Source of the DNA: an uncultured Clostridia bacterium
Lineage (GTDB): Bacteria > Bacillota > Clostridia > Christensenellales > CAG-917
Direction: 5' to 3'
Assembly: GCA_944360115.1 (NCBI GenBank)
Contig: CALVTH010000006.1
Coordinates: 1 to 54,963, forward strand
Length of the DNA: 54,963 nt
The notes beneath the pieces were generated by a model that saw nothing but the letters and a program-made list of their open reading frames with translations, was not told the DNA's origin and searched no databases. The position numbers and the translations under genes are program-made. Shown here in pieces: positions 1 through 9,206 of this stretch (positions within the stretch are counted from its first letter, which is position 1; each line of letters opens with the position of its first letter).

Positions 1-1442
1 TAGCCGCCCATATTCATCGACCCCGAATACACTTCGTCGCCGCGGTATATTCTGAGGTCCTGCTCGGCTTCGCGGTAGGAGACGGAGAAGTTGCGCAGGG
101 TCACATTTTTCACCGTGTAGGTTTTGCCGCCGTCCTTGCACCCCACGACCGCGGAGGGCAGGTCGCACCCCGTGGCGGTGATGTTGTACACCTCTATGTC
201 CGACATCTCGGAGCCGTCCTCGCGGTAGCCCAGCCATATAAGCAGGGGGGAAGTGATGTGGTACATCACGATGTCGTGCACGGACACTTCCGACACTTTC
301 GCGCCGTCCACCGATTCTATCGCAATGCCGGCGTAGCCGCCCGCTATGCCGGGCATGAAGAAATAGCAGTCGCGCACTTCGACATTCTTTATTTCGCCGC
401 AGGTCGCCGTGCCTATCTTGAAGCAGTTGGCGAGGGACATAATCTCGCAGTTTTCGACGAGCACGCCGTCCACGGAGTCGTCCTTGTCTTCCGTCTTTAT
501 GCAGATTGCGTCGTCGCCCGCCGCGATGAAACAGTTGGTCACCGTGGTGTTGACGCCGCCGACGATGTCAATGCCGTCGGTGTTGGCGACGCGGATGTTG
601 TTGTTGATTATCACGCGGTCGAACGCCAGCCCGTCGTTGTTCTCGGCGCGCACCGTCCACGAGCCCGCCTCGTACAGCTCGACATTGCGCACCACCACAT
701 TGACGCAGTCGTTGAACGCGAGCAGGTGGTCGCGTTCCATTTCGTGTTCCTTGCCCGGCATTATGCGCTTGCGGTGTTCCAGCACATACGCCTTGAGGTT
801 GAAGGTGTCGAGGGGATAGAAGAGCGAGGAGTCCTCCTGCGGGTCGCAGTAGGTCGCGCCGTTGCCCGAGATACGCCCGGGGCCTTCCACGACTATGTTG
901 CGCGCGCCTTCGGCGTATATGAAAGAATTGAGCGGGTGCTCCGAGCCGTCGACGCCGAAAGCCACATTGCACAGTTCGCTGTCCTGCGCTATGTGCAGGG
1001 TGACATCGGACAGCAGGCGCACGCTTGCGGCGGTATATTTGCCGCCGTCCACCAGCACCGTGCCGCCGCCCGCCGCGCTCGCGGCTTCGATTGCGCGGTT
1101 GATAGCGTCGCGGTTGACGGCGAAATCGGCGTCGGGCGACGCTCCGTAGTCGCGAATGTCGTACACCGTGCCGAAGGGCGCCGACGCGCTGCCGTAGACG
1201 AGATATTCAGAATAGGGGATGTTTTCGACGAACCAACCGTTTTCGTCGAGGCGGTACGGGCTGTCGAAAGGCGTGCCCGACACATCGAAAGAGGCTGCTT
1301 CGATGTACGGCACGGCGACGGCAATGCCGAACCCCGCGCCGAAAAGCACGACGACCGAAAGAATGACGATGATGGCGATTTTCCAGCCCTTTGAAAGTTT
1401 GCCCGTCCGTTTTGCGACGGCGGCGTCCGACGAGTTGTCCAT
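1..1442 (-). CDS. Membrane-anchored glycoside hydrolase family 28-like (polygalacturonase/pectin-lyase fold) protein; 3' end runs off the window
   Basis: Absent from the ORF track (no stop in window). Manual translation from ATG 1442: MDNSSDAAV...KIAIIVILSVVVLFGAGFGIAVAVP (TM), YDIRDYGA...AINRAIEAASAAGGGTVLV, NTDGIDI, GDDAICIK, FKIGT, typical GH28 motifs. Confidence 0.85.
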   Translation of the reverse strand, partial: MDNSSDAAVAKRTGKLSKGWKIAIIVILSVVVLFGAGFGIAVAVPYIEAASFDVSGTPFDSPYRLDENGWFVENIPYSEYLVYGSASAPFGTVYDIRDYGASPDADFAVNRDAINRAIEAASAAGGGTVLVDGGKYTAASVRLLSDVTLHIAQDSELCNVAFGVDGSEHPLNSFIYAEGARNIVVEGPGRISGNGATYCDPQEDSSLFYPLDTFNLKAYVLEHRKRIMPGKEHEMERDHLLAFNDCVNVVVRNVELYEAGSWTVRAENNDGLAFDRVIINNNIRVANTDGIDIVGGVNTTVTNCFIAAGDDAICIKTEDKDDSVDGVLVENCEIMSLANCFKIGTATCGEIKNVEVRDCYFFMPGIAGGYAGIAIESVDGAKVSEVSVHDIVMYHITSPLLIWLGYREDGSEMSDIEVYNITATGCDLPSAVVGCKDGGKTYTVKNVTLRNFSVSYREAEQDLRIYRGDEVYSGSMNMGG

Positions 1443-1448
1443 ACGGAA

Positions 1449-1477
1449 ATTTTAGAGTATTCCGCGCGATTAGTCAA
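1449..1477 (-). promoter_or_regulatory. sigmaA-type promoter, probably giving a leaderless mRNA for the GH28 gene
   Basis: TTGACT-N17-TAAAAT, then 6 nt to the ATG, no Shine-Dalgarno. Confidence 0.6.
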
Positions 1478-1602
1478 CGGGCAAGCGCGTCGCGCGCTGG
1501 CGCGGGACGCGGACGGCGGGGCGAGGAAAAGCCCGCGACGGTCGACGGTATGAAAAACGCCCCGCGGCGCGGGGCGTGAATGTTGTGACGATTCGGGACG
1601 GG

Positions 1603-2973
1603 TCAGGCGCGTTTGTCGAGGGGAACATAGTCCTGACGGGGAGCGACCGCCGTATAACCGGGGCGTATAATTTTGCCTTTGTTGGCGAGTTCCTCTATTC
1701 TGTGCGCGCCCCAGCCCGCTATCCTCGCCACCGAGAAGAGCGGCGTGTAAAGTTCGGTGGGGATTTTCAGCATGGTGTAGATGAGCCCCGAATAGAAGTC
1801 GACATTCGCTGACACGCCCTTGTACATCTTGCGTTTCTCGCCGATGACTTCAGGGGCAATGCGGGCGACCTTCTCGTAATATTCGTAATCAGCCTGCAGA
1901 CCTTTGGCGTCGGCGAGTTTCTCGGCGTATTCGCGGAGAATGTCGGCGCGGGGGTCGCTTATCGAATAGACGGCGTGTCCTATGCCGTACACGAGCCCCG
2001 CGCGGTCGAACGCCTGTCCGTCGAGCAGACGGACTATGTAATCGCGTATCGCCGAGTCGGTGCAGGGCGTGGTGGCCTTAAGGTCGTCGAACATCTTGGA
2101 GACCTTGACATTGGCGCCGCCGTGTCGCGGTCCTTTGAGCGAGCCGAGGGAAGCGGCGACGGCGGAATAGGTGTCCGTGCCCGAGCTGGTCACGACATGG
2201 TTGGTGAAAGTGGAGTTGTTGCCGCCGCCGTGTTCGGCGTGCAGCACCAGACACAGGTCGAGGATTTGCGCTTCGAGGTCGGTGAATTTCTTGTTGGCTC
2301 GGGTGAGGCGGAGGAAATTCTGCGCAGTGCTGAGCGCGGGGTCGGGCTTGTGGATGATGAGACTGTTGTCGGAATGGTAGTGCGCGTAGACCTGATAGCC
2401 GTAGGTGGACAGCAGGGGGAACTGCGCCACCAGTTGCAGACTCTGGCGCAGGACATTGGGGATGCTTATGTCGTCGGGATTGGCGTCGTAACTGTACAGC
2501 GTGAGCACGCTCCTTGCGATGACATTCATCATATCCGTCGACGGAGCTTTCATTATGATGTCGCGCACGAAACTCTCGGGAAGTCTGCGGTACTCGGCGA
2601 GCATGGTGGTGAAGTGCTCCAGCTGCGCGGGCGTGGGAAGCACGCCGAAGAAGAGCAGATACGCCGTCTCCTCGAACCCGAAACGCCCCTCGCTTATGAA
2701 TCCGTCGACGAGGGCGCGTATGGGTATGCCGCGGTAGAAAAGTTCGCCTTCGCGTTCGACGCGGTTGCCGTTTTCGTCGATGTAAAATGAGTTGATCTCG
2801 CTGATTTCGGTGAGCCCCGCGACGACGCCCGTGCCGTCTATGTCGCGCAATCCGCGCTTGACATTGTGTTTCTTGTAAAGGGACGGCTCGATGTGATTGT
2901 TGCGCACGCAAACCTCGCTCATCTCGTCCATCCACGGAGCGTAACGCGCAACGGTTTTTTCGAATTTCTGCAT
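1603..2973 (-). CDS. gltA: Citrate synthase
   Basis: GLRDIDGTGV, LHAEHGGGNNST, GPRHGGAN, GIGHAVY, ANVDFYSG motifs; start MQKFEK with GAGGGGG RBS. Confidence 0.93.
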   Translation of the reverse strand: MQKFEKTVARYAPWMDEMSEVCVRNNHIEPSLYKKHNVKRGLRDIDGTGVVAGLTEISEINSFYIDENGNRVEREGELFYRGIPIRALVDGFISEGRFGFEETAYLLFFGVLPTPAQLEHFTTMLAEYRRLPESFVRDIIMKAPSTDMMNVIARSVLTLYSYDANPDDISIPNVLRQSLQLVAQFPLLSTYGYQVYAHYHSDNSLIIHKPDPALSTAQNFLRLTRANKKFTDLEAQILDLCLVLHAEHGGGNNSTFTNHVVTSSGTDTYSAVAASLGSLKGPRHGGANVKVSKMFDDLKATTPCTDSAIRDYIVRLLDGQAFDRAGLVYGIGHAVYSISDPRADILREYAEKLADAKGLQADYEYYEKVARIAPEVIGEKRKMYKGVSANVDFYSGLIYTMLKIPTELYTPLFSVARIAGWGAHRIEELANKGKIIRPGYTAVAPRQDYVPLDKRA

Positions 2974-3065
2974 AGAACCCCCTCGGGTGCGACGGTCTCG
3001 GGCGGGAGCGGAACGGAGAGTCCGCAACGGGAGAAAACGCGCCCTAACGGAAATATTATTTAATG

Positions 3066-3094
3066 ATTATATCACTTTTCGTATACAAATGCAA
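3066..3094 (-). promoter_or_regulatory. sigmaA promoter of gltA with a possible GntR/FadR-type operator in the spacer
   Basis: TTGCAT-N17-TATAAT; the spacer contains the near-palindrome TTGTATACGA. Confidence 0.6.
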
Positions 3095-3201
3095 CCCGCT
3101 TCCCGCCGCGCGAACCCCCCCCCGACGGGGCGGGGGGGGGTTTGTGCGGATATGCGGATTCGTCGTCGCGGCGTGTCGCCGTTTGCGTCAGATTGCGGCG
3201 T

Positions 3202-4908
3202 TCAGTCCGCTTTCTTGTCGGAGCCGTCGGCGTCTTTCGCGGGAGCGGCGGCGGATACCACGCGACGGGGACGGCGCTTGAAGGCTTCCCTTGCGAAATA
3301 CAGCCCTATGCCGCCGCCGACGATAAGCACCACGGCTATGAGACACCATATAAGTTCCCACGGCGTTTCGGCACCCGCCTTTATGCGTTCCCACATCTGC
3401 ACGACGCGGTCGTTCGCCGAGCCGTAGTCGCGCATTATTCCGAGAGAATCGGTTATCTCGGCGTAGCGCGCCGTGTCCTCGAAGAAGAGGTTCATCGAAT
3501 CGGCGTCGACGATGTATTCGCCTTCGCCGTCCAGCCAGTAGCCCTCTTCGTCGGTTGCCGCTTCGAAGGCGGTGAGAGCGTCGGCGTCGCCGTCGAAGTC
3601 CGTTCCGTCGGCGTCGAGATAGTAAGGTTCGCCGTCGCCCCAGTCGTAGTAGAACACCAGATTGCCTTCCGAATCGGTGTAAAGTTCACATTCCTCGGAA
3701 GAGGCGTACCACAGATATTCCACATCGAGCAGGGCGGCAATGGCGTCGGGGTCGGAGCGCACCTTGTCGCGCGCCACCGCCGAGGTGTAGCAAATATAAC
3801 TGGTGTTGCGCGCCGCCGAGTCGGGACGGCACATATAATCGATGAACATCACGGCGGCGAGTTCGTTCCTCACGGTGGTGGGCACAATCCAGCCGTCGTA
3901 CCAGATGTTGGAGCCGCTCTCGGGGACATAGTAGCCGAGGGTGTAGTCTTCGGTCTCCTCGTCGTAGCTTTCCTCGATTGCCCACAGGGCGTCGCCACTC
4001 CACGCGAGGTCGACATAGACGATTTCGTTTATCATATCGTCCTTGCCGAAGTCCACTTCGTAGCCCGAAATGTGGTCGCGCTGTTCGATGAGTACCTTCT
4101 CGACGGCGTCGAGCAGGGCGTCGTCGGTGCTGTTGATGAGTTCGGCGGTGGTCATCTCGGTGTAGGGTTTGCCGAGCGAGGGGGAGTTGCCCTCGGGCAG
4201 CATACCGTAATCGCGCAGGTACATCACGGCGGCGCAATAGGTGTCGCGGATGCTGTCCTTGAGCAGGATTTCGCCCTCGAGCTCGGGATTGTTGCCGGCG
4301 TTCCACAGCACGCCCCAGCCGTATTTGTCCAGTTCTTCCTGACTGACCACGCTCTTGTTGTAGAGTATGCCCAGCGTGCCCCACATATAAGGCACCATAT
4401 AGTCCAGCATATTGCCGCTCGTGCCGTTGCCGGTCGGTATGTCGCCGAACACCGCGGAAATGGCGGTTCTGACATCGGGCTCGATGTTGCCGAGGTTGTC
4501 GAAGGTCATTCCGTATTCGTCCCCGAGGTCGTCGACGAGTTCGGTGAGGTTGCGGACATAACCGCCGCGCATGAGTTTCTCTATGGCGTATTCCGACGGG
4601 CAGATGAGGTCGACATTGGCGTCGCCTTTCTGCACCTTGGTGAGCATGGTTTCGTTGGTGTCGAAGGTGGTGTAGGTGACATCTATCGACCTGCCCGTCA
4701 CTTCCTCGTAGTACGCCGAGAATTCGTCTATGAGCGCGGTGTCGATATAGTCCTCCCAGTTGTAGATGTAGAGTTTGTCCTGTCCGCTTCCGCCCGTTAC
4801 GGTGCTTTCTCCGCCGCCGGAGCAGGCGGTGAGCAGGGGAAGGGCGACGAGCGCCACCAGCAGGACGGCGACCACGGGCAGGAATCTCTTTTTTGCGACC
4901 TTGTTCAT
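3202..4908 (-). CDS. potD: Spermidine/putrescine ABC transporter substrate-binding lipoprotein with C-terminal TM anchor
   Basis: Lipobox LLTAC, LYIYNWEDYID, PSEYAIEKL, PYMWGTLGILYN, WSGDA motifs; ATGA overlap with the potC stop. Confidence 0.88.
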   Translation of the reverse strand: MNKVAKKRFLPVVAVLLVALVALPLLTACSGGGESTVTGGSGQDKLYIYNWEDYIDTALIDEFSAYYEEVTGRSIDVTYTTFDTNETMLTKVQKGDANVDLICPSEYAIEKLMRGGYVRNLTELVDDLGDEYGMTFDNLGNIEPDVRTAISAVFGDIPTGNGTSGNMLDYMVPYMWGTLGILYNKSVVSQEELDKYGWGVLWNAGNNPELEGEILLKDSIRDTYCAAVMYLRDYGMLPEGNSPSLGKPYTEMTTAELINSTDDALLDAVEKVLIEQRDHISGYEVDFGKDDMINEIVYVDLAWSGDALWAIEESYDEETEDYTLGYYVPESGSNIWYDGWIVPTTVRNELAAVMFIDYMCRPDSAARNTSYICYTSAVARDKVRSDPDAIAALLDVEYLWYASSEECELYTDSEGNLVFYYDWGDGEPYYLDADGTDFDGDADALTAFEAATDEEGYWLDGEGEYIVDADSMNLFFEDTARYAEITDSLGIMRDYGSANDRVVQMWERIKAGAETPWELIWCLIAVVLIVGGGIGLYFAREAFKRRPRRVVSAAAPAKDADGSDKKAD

Positions 4909-5732
4909 TGCACGCCGACCTCCTTTTCCTTGGCTTTCTGTTTGCGTATTTTCCACAGGTTGACGGTGAGAAGCGCCGCCAGCACCACCACGAAGATTAT
5001 GGAGAACACGGCGTACCAGAAGGGTTCGAGACCCTGCACGCGTGCGTCCGAATAGATGTAGGTGGACAGGGTGTTGATTCCCGTTGCCGCGCCTTTGTTG
5101 ATCTGCGTGATGATGAAGTCGTCGATGGAGATGACGAACGCGAGTATGAATCCGCTGACGATACCGGGGGTGATCATCGGGAACATGACGCGGGTGAGAG
5201 CGCGGAAGGGATTTGCGCCGAGGTCGAGCGCCGCCTCGTACACATTGGGATCCATGCTCTCGAGTTTGGGCATGATGCTGAGCACCACATAGGGGGTGCA
5301 GAACGCTATGTGCGCAATGATGAGTCTGAGGTAACCCTCGGGGAAAGCGAAGGTGACGAAGAATATCATCAGCGACACCGCCATGACAATTTCGCTGTTG
5401 ATGATGGGGAACTGGTTGACATTCTCCACCACGCGGCGGGAGCGGCGTCCCATGCTGTAAATGCCTATCGCGGCGAAAGTGCCCATCACGGTGGACACCA
5501 CCGCGGCGATGACGGCAATGAGCAGGGTGTTTTCAATCGCCGACCACAACGCGGGCGACTTCTCCGAGGTGAATATGGACGCATACGCCTCGAATGTGAA
5601 GCCGTTGTCGAAATTGAAGTTGGAGCTTCCCGAGAAGCTGTAGACTATGATGAGGATTATGGGCGCGTAGAGTATCGCCAGAATGACGAAGATATACGCC
5701 TTGCCTAAGATGTCGCCTAACTTTTTCACCAC
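4905..5732 (-). CDS. potC: Spermidine/putrescine ABC transporter permease
   Basis: LYAPIILIIVYSF, EAALDLGA loop, SIDDFIIT; operon position. Confidence 0.9.
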   Translation of the reverse strand: MVKKLGDILGKAYIFVILAILYAPIILIIVYSFSGSSNFNFDNGFTFEAYASIFTSEKSPALWSAIENTLLIAVIAAVVSTVMGTFAAIGIYSMGRRSRRVVENVNQFPIINSEIVMAVSLMIFFVTFAFPEGYLRLIIAHIAFCTPYVVLSIMPKLESMDPNVYEAALDLGANPFRALTRVMFPMITPGIVSGFILAFVISIDDFIITQINKGAATGINTLSTYIYSDARVQGLEPFWYAVFSIIFVVVLAALLTVNLWKIRKQKAKEKEVGVQ

Positions 5733-6547
5733 AGAGACCTCCCCACGCCGACATTGTTATTCTTGCCTATCCTGTTCATAAGGAAGTTGGAGATGAGCAC
5801 GAACGCCAGCATCACCAGACTCATTATGGAGCCCACGCCGTACAGACCCTGGTCGAACTTGGTCTGAATGCTGTCGCCGAAGAGGAATATCTTGCCGTTG
5901 GACAGCAGTTGCGAGATGGCAAAGGTGGAAATGGTGGGAATGAACACCATCGTTATGCCGCTCATGATACCGCCGACGGAGAGGGGCAGGACGGTCTTGA
6001 GAAACACCGTCGAGCGGTCGGCGCCGAGGTCCTGCGCCGCCTCGATGTAACTCTTGTCTATGGACGAGAGCGAGGTGTGCAGGGGCAGTATCATGAAAGG
6101 CAGATAGTTGTACACCATACCGAAGAGCACCGTCCCCATTCCGAGCGTGACATCCATAGCGATGAAAATGGCTTTGGTGGCGAGGGTGCGGATGAGGAAG
6201 TTTATGCCCATCGGCAGTATGAAGAAGAGCACGAGGATTTTGCCACTGCTCATTCTGGAGAGTTTGTAGGCGACGGGATAGCCGATGAGCAGGCATATCG
6301 CCGTCGTCACCACTCCGACGAAAAGGGAGTTGCCGAGAATTATCAGACTGCTTTCCTCGGTGAAGAAGGTCTTGAAGTTTTCGACGGTGAGATTGCCGCC
6401 GTCGTCGAGGAAGGCGTTGACGAGTATCATCACCAGCGGCAAAACCACAAACAGCACCATAAACAGCACATAAAGGTATGCAAAAACCCGTTTTGTGATT
6501 TTGAACCGCTTGCGGGGCTTAGCCTGAACTGCGGTTGCGGATGTCAT
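5726..6547 (-). CDS. potB: Spermidine/putrescine ABC transporter permease
   Basis: IGYPVAY, YNYLPFMILP, EAAQDLGA; operon position. Confidence 0.9.
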   Translation of the reverse strand: MTSATAVQAKPRKRFKITKRVFAYLYVLFMVLFVVLPLVMILVNAFLDDGGNLTVENFKTFFTEESSLIILGNSLFVGVVTTAICLLIGYPVAYKLSRMSSGKILVLFFILPMGINFLIRTLATKAIFIAMDVTLGMGTVLFGMVYNYLPFMILPLHTSLSSIDKSYIEAAQDLGADRSTVFLKTVLPLSVGGIMSGITMVFIPTISTFAISQLLSNGKIFLFGDSIQTKFDQGLYGVGSIMSLVMLAFVLISNFLMNRIGKNNNVGVGRSLW

Positions 6548-6548
6548 T

Positions 6549-8144
6549 TCACACCTCCTCTGAAGAGCCTTTGCCCTCGGTTTCGGCGGGGATTTCGGCA
6601 GAGGTTTCGGCGGTCTCCGCGGCGGGGAAGTCCGCTCCGTCGGCGGCGGATTTCTCCTCTTCCGTCACGGTCTCGTCCACCACTGCGGGAGTCTCGTCCG
6701 CGGGGACTTCGGACACTTCGCGGCGCTCGATGAGGATTTTTTCGGGGGCGATGTTTATGCCCACGCGGTCGCCTTTCAGCCAGTCGTCGTCGGTGTCCAC
6801 GAAGAAGTCGTAGTAGTCGTCCGTGCGCACTATGCACTGATAGTAGCTGCCCTTGTAAATGGAACTGACCACCGTCGCGCCGATTGTGCCGTCCTCCTCG
6901 TCGTCGGTGATGATGACATCGTCGAAGTCCACCTGAACGCGCACGGGGGTGCCCGCTTCGAGGTCGGTCACGCAGTCGAATTTCGCGCCGCATATCCACA
7001 CCTGATTCTCGCCCGCGATTTCGGTGTCTATTTCGTTGATTATGCGAGCCTTGTGCATGATGTGCAGGTTGGACGGGCTGATGTACAGACCCACATTCGT
7101 GCCTTTCTCGCAGGTGACGGTGTCGTGCGCTATGAATTCGTTTTCGTTCGCGATGAGGGTGATCTGATAGTGGTCGCCCTTGAAAACGGAAGAGATAACG
7201 CGCGCGGTGAGGATGGCTTTCTTGTCGCCCGCGGGCAGGATTTCGAGGTCCTCGGGACGGATTATGACATCGATGGGCTCGTTTTTCTTGAAGCCCTTGT
7301 CCACGCACTCGAACACCGCGTCGGCAAATTCCACCTTGTAATCCTCGAGCATTACGCCCGAAAGTATGGTGGATTCGCCGATGAAGTCGGCGACGAAAGC
7401 GTTGGCGGGCTCGTCGTATATCTTTTCGGGGTCGGCAATCTGCTGAATGACGCCGTCGCGCATAACCACGATTTTGTCGCTCATAGTGAGGGCCTCTTCC
7501 TGGTCGTGTGTGACATACACGAAGGTGATGCCCAGTTCGCGGTGCATATTCATCAGTTCAAGCTGCATATCCTTGCGCATCTTGAGGTCGAGCGCGCCGA
7601 GAGGTTCGTCGAGGAGCAGCACTTCGGGCTCGTTGACAAGCGCGCGGGCGATTGCGACGCGCTGCTGTTGTCCGCCCGAGAGAGAGGACACGCCCCTGTA
7701 ACCGTAATCCTCGAGGTCGACCATTTTGAGCACGCGGTCGACTTTTTCCTTGATTTCGGCTTTGGTGTATTTGCGGTACAGCTGCACGGTCTCGCCCTTG
7801 CGGTTGACCTTGGTGCCGTTGGGTATGGTCTTGAGTTTGAGACCGAAGGCTATGTTGTTGAAAACATTGAGGTGAGGGAAAAGGGCGTAACGCTGGAACA
7901 CCGTATTCACCTTGCGCAGGTGCGGAGGGGTGTCCGTTATGTCCTTGCCGTCGAAGATAATCCTTCCCGAGGTGGGCATTTCGAAGCCCGCTATCATACG
8001 GAGCGTCGTCGTTTTGCCGCAGCCCGAAGGTCCGAGCAGGGTGACGAATTCGCCGCGCCTGATGTTGAGGCTGGCGTTCTTGACGGCGTCCTTGCCGCCG
8101 TAGGTCTTGGTCAGATTTCTGAGTTCGATGATGTTGTCTGCCAT
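6549..8144 (-). CDS. potA: Spermidine/putrescine ABC transporter ATPase with duplicated C-terminal TOBE module
   Basis: GPSGCGKT, LSGGQQQR, LLDEPLGALD; start MADNII after AAGGAG. Confidence 0.92.
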   Translation of the reverse strand: MADNIIELRNLTKTYGGKDAVKNASLNIRRGEFVTLLGPSGCGKTTTLRMIAGFEMPTSGRIIFDGKDITDTPPHLRKVNTVFQRYALFPHLNVFNNIAFGLKLKTIPNGTKVNRKGETVQLYRKYTKAEIKEKVDRVLKMVDLEDYGYRGVSSLSGGQQQRVAIARALVNEPEVLLLDEPLGALDLKMRKDMQLELMNMHRELGITFVYVTHDQEEALTMSDKIVVMRDGVIQQIADPEKIYDEPANAFVADFIGESTILSGVMLEDYKVEFADAVFECVDKGFKKNEPIDVIIRPEDLEILPAGDKKAILTARVISSVFKGDHYQITLIANENEFIAHDTVTCEKGTNVGLYISPSNLHIMHKARIINEIDTEIAGENQVWICGAKFDCVTDLEAGTPVRVQVDFDDVIITDDEEDGTIGATVVSSIYKGSYYQCIVRTDDYYDFFVDTDDDWLKGDRVGINIAPEKILIERREVSEVPADETPAVVDETVTEEEKSAADGADFPAAETAETSAEIPAETEGKGSSEEV

Positions 8145-8155
8145 TTTCTCTCTCC

Positions 8156-8689
8156 TTAAAAAGTGGGGGGTGACGCAACCCAAAGCACCACGGCGGTCTC
8201 CGCGGTGCGGTTTTCGAGGTAATGAACTTTGTTGCTTTCGTAATAGAAAGCGTCGCCTTTATGCGCGACAAACTCTTTTTTGCCGATGTGCAGTACGACG
8301 GCGCCCGCGAGTACGAAGCCGAATTCCTCGCCCTCGTGGGGCATGTCCTTGTCGAGCGCGCAGTGCGGAGCCAGCTCGAGTTTTATGGGCTCCATTTCGT
8401 TTTTCTGGCTGTTGGGCACCAGCCATGTTATGGTGTGAGTGTCGGTGACCTTCTCGAAAAAGTCGTCGGGCGAAAACACCACCTGCTCCTCTTCGTCCAC
8501 GGAGAAAAACTCCGCGGCGGTTGTGCCCAGCGCGGACAGCACATCCAGCAGAGTCTGAATGGACGGGGAAGTCAGTTCGTTTTCGAGTTGGGAAATATAA
8601 CCTTTCGTAAGTTCGCAGCGGTCGGCAAGTTCTTCCTGCGTCAGCCCGCATTGCAAGCGAAGGCGTTTTATCTTCGCGCCAAGTTCCAT
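8156..8689 (-). CDS. puuR: XRE-family HTH + cupin transcriptional regulator (PuuR-like)
   Basis: LTQEELADRCELTKGYISQLEN HTH; HEGEEFGFVL cupin; first gene of the pot operon. Confidence 0.8.
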   Translation of the reverse strand: MELGAKIKRLRLQCGLTQEELADRCELTKGYISQLENELTSPSIQTLLDVLSALGTTAAEFFSVDEEEQVVFSPDDFFEKVTDTHTITWLVPNSQKNEMEPIKLELAPHCALDKDMPHEGEEFGFVLAGAVVLHIGKKEFVAHKGDAFYYESNKVHYLENRTAETAVVLWVASPPTF

Positions 8690-8866
8690 AGCCCCTCCCG
8701 CTCCGCGCCCGTTCCCGCTCCCGCACGCCCGTGCGCCCTTAATATCGACGGGCGAGCACGCATACACGCGAGGACCTGTGCGGTTTAGCAAAAATTTACT
8801 TTCGGTTTACAAGGTTCAAAGATTGTAATCCCAAAGTTTAGAATTGCTAAACCGAAAGTGATACCA

Positions 8867-8895
8867 ATTATATAGACACAGCACCCCCGTGTCAA
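8867..8895 (-). promoter_or_regulatory. Consensus sigmaA promoter of puuR-potABCD
   Basis: TTGACA-N17-TATAAT. Confidence 0.8.
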
Positions 8896-9206
8896 CGATA
8901 TGAGCACATATTGTCCGACAAATTTCGTCACGGCAAGCGGAACGGCTTTCGGGGGATGAAAACGGGGCGATGCGGCGGGGGGAACGGGCATGGGAAAAAG
9001 GACAAACAAAAAACCTCCCCGAGGGGAGGTGACACGGCAAATTTTATATTATGTACGCCGCCTCCGTCAACAATTTTTTTGAAAAAAACGCGATTTTTTT
9101 TTGTGGAAAACCGTCGGCGATTTTTTGCGGAAAATTTTGAAAAATGCGTTGACAGCAGGGCTTGACGGTTGTATTCTGCTGCCATATTTTTTGCGGGAGG
9201 CAGGAT

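Noticed and set aside
258-1394. 378-aa plus-strand ORF and other long antisense ORFs (3142-5055, 13371-15773, 17293-20400, 46964-49096, 51210-53000)
   Set aside because: Shadow frames of well-supported genes on the opposite strand, expected in GC-rich DNA; no recognisable motifs
9072-9146. CodY boxes in the A/T-tract region upstream of the ANTAR gene
   Set aside because: Matches to AATTTTCWGAAAATT have several mismatches and could be UP-element A-tracts; cannot be supported without a PWM scan
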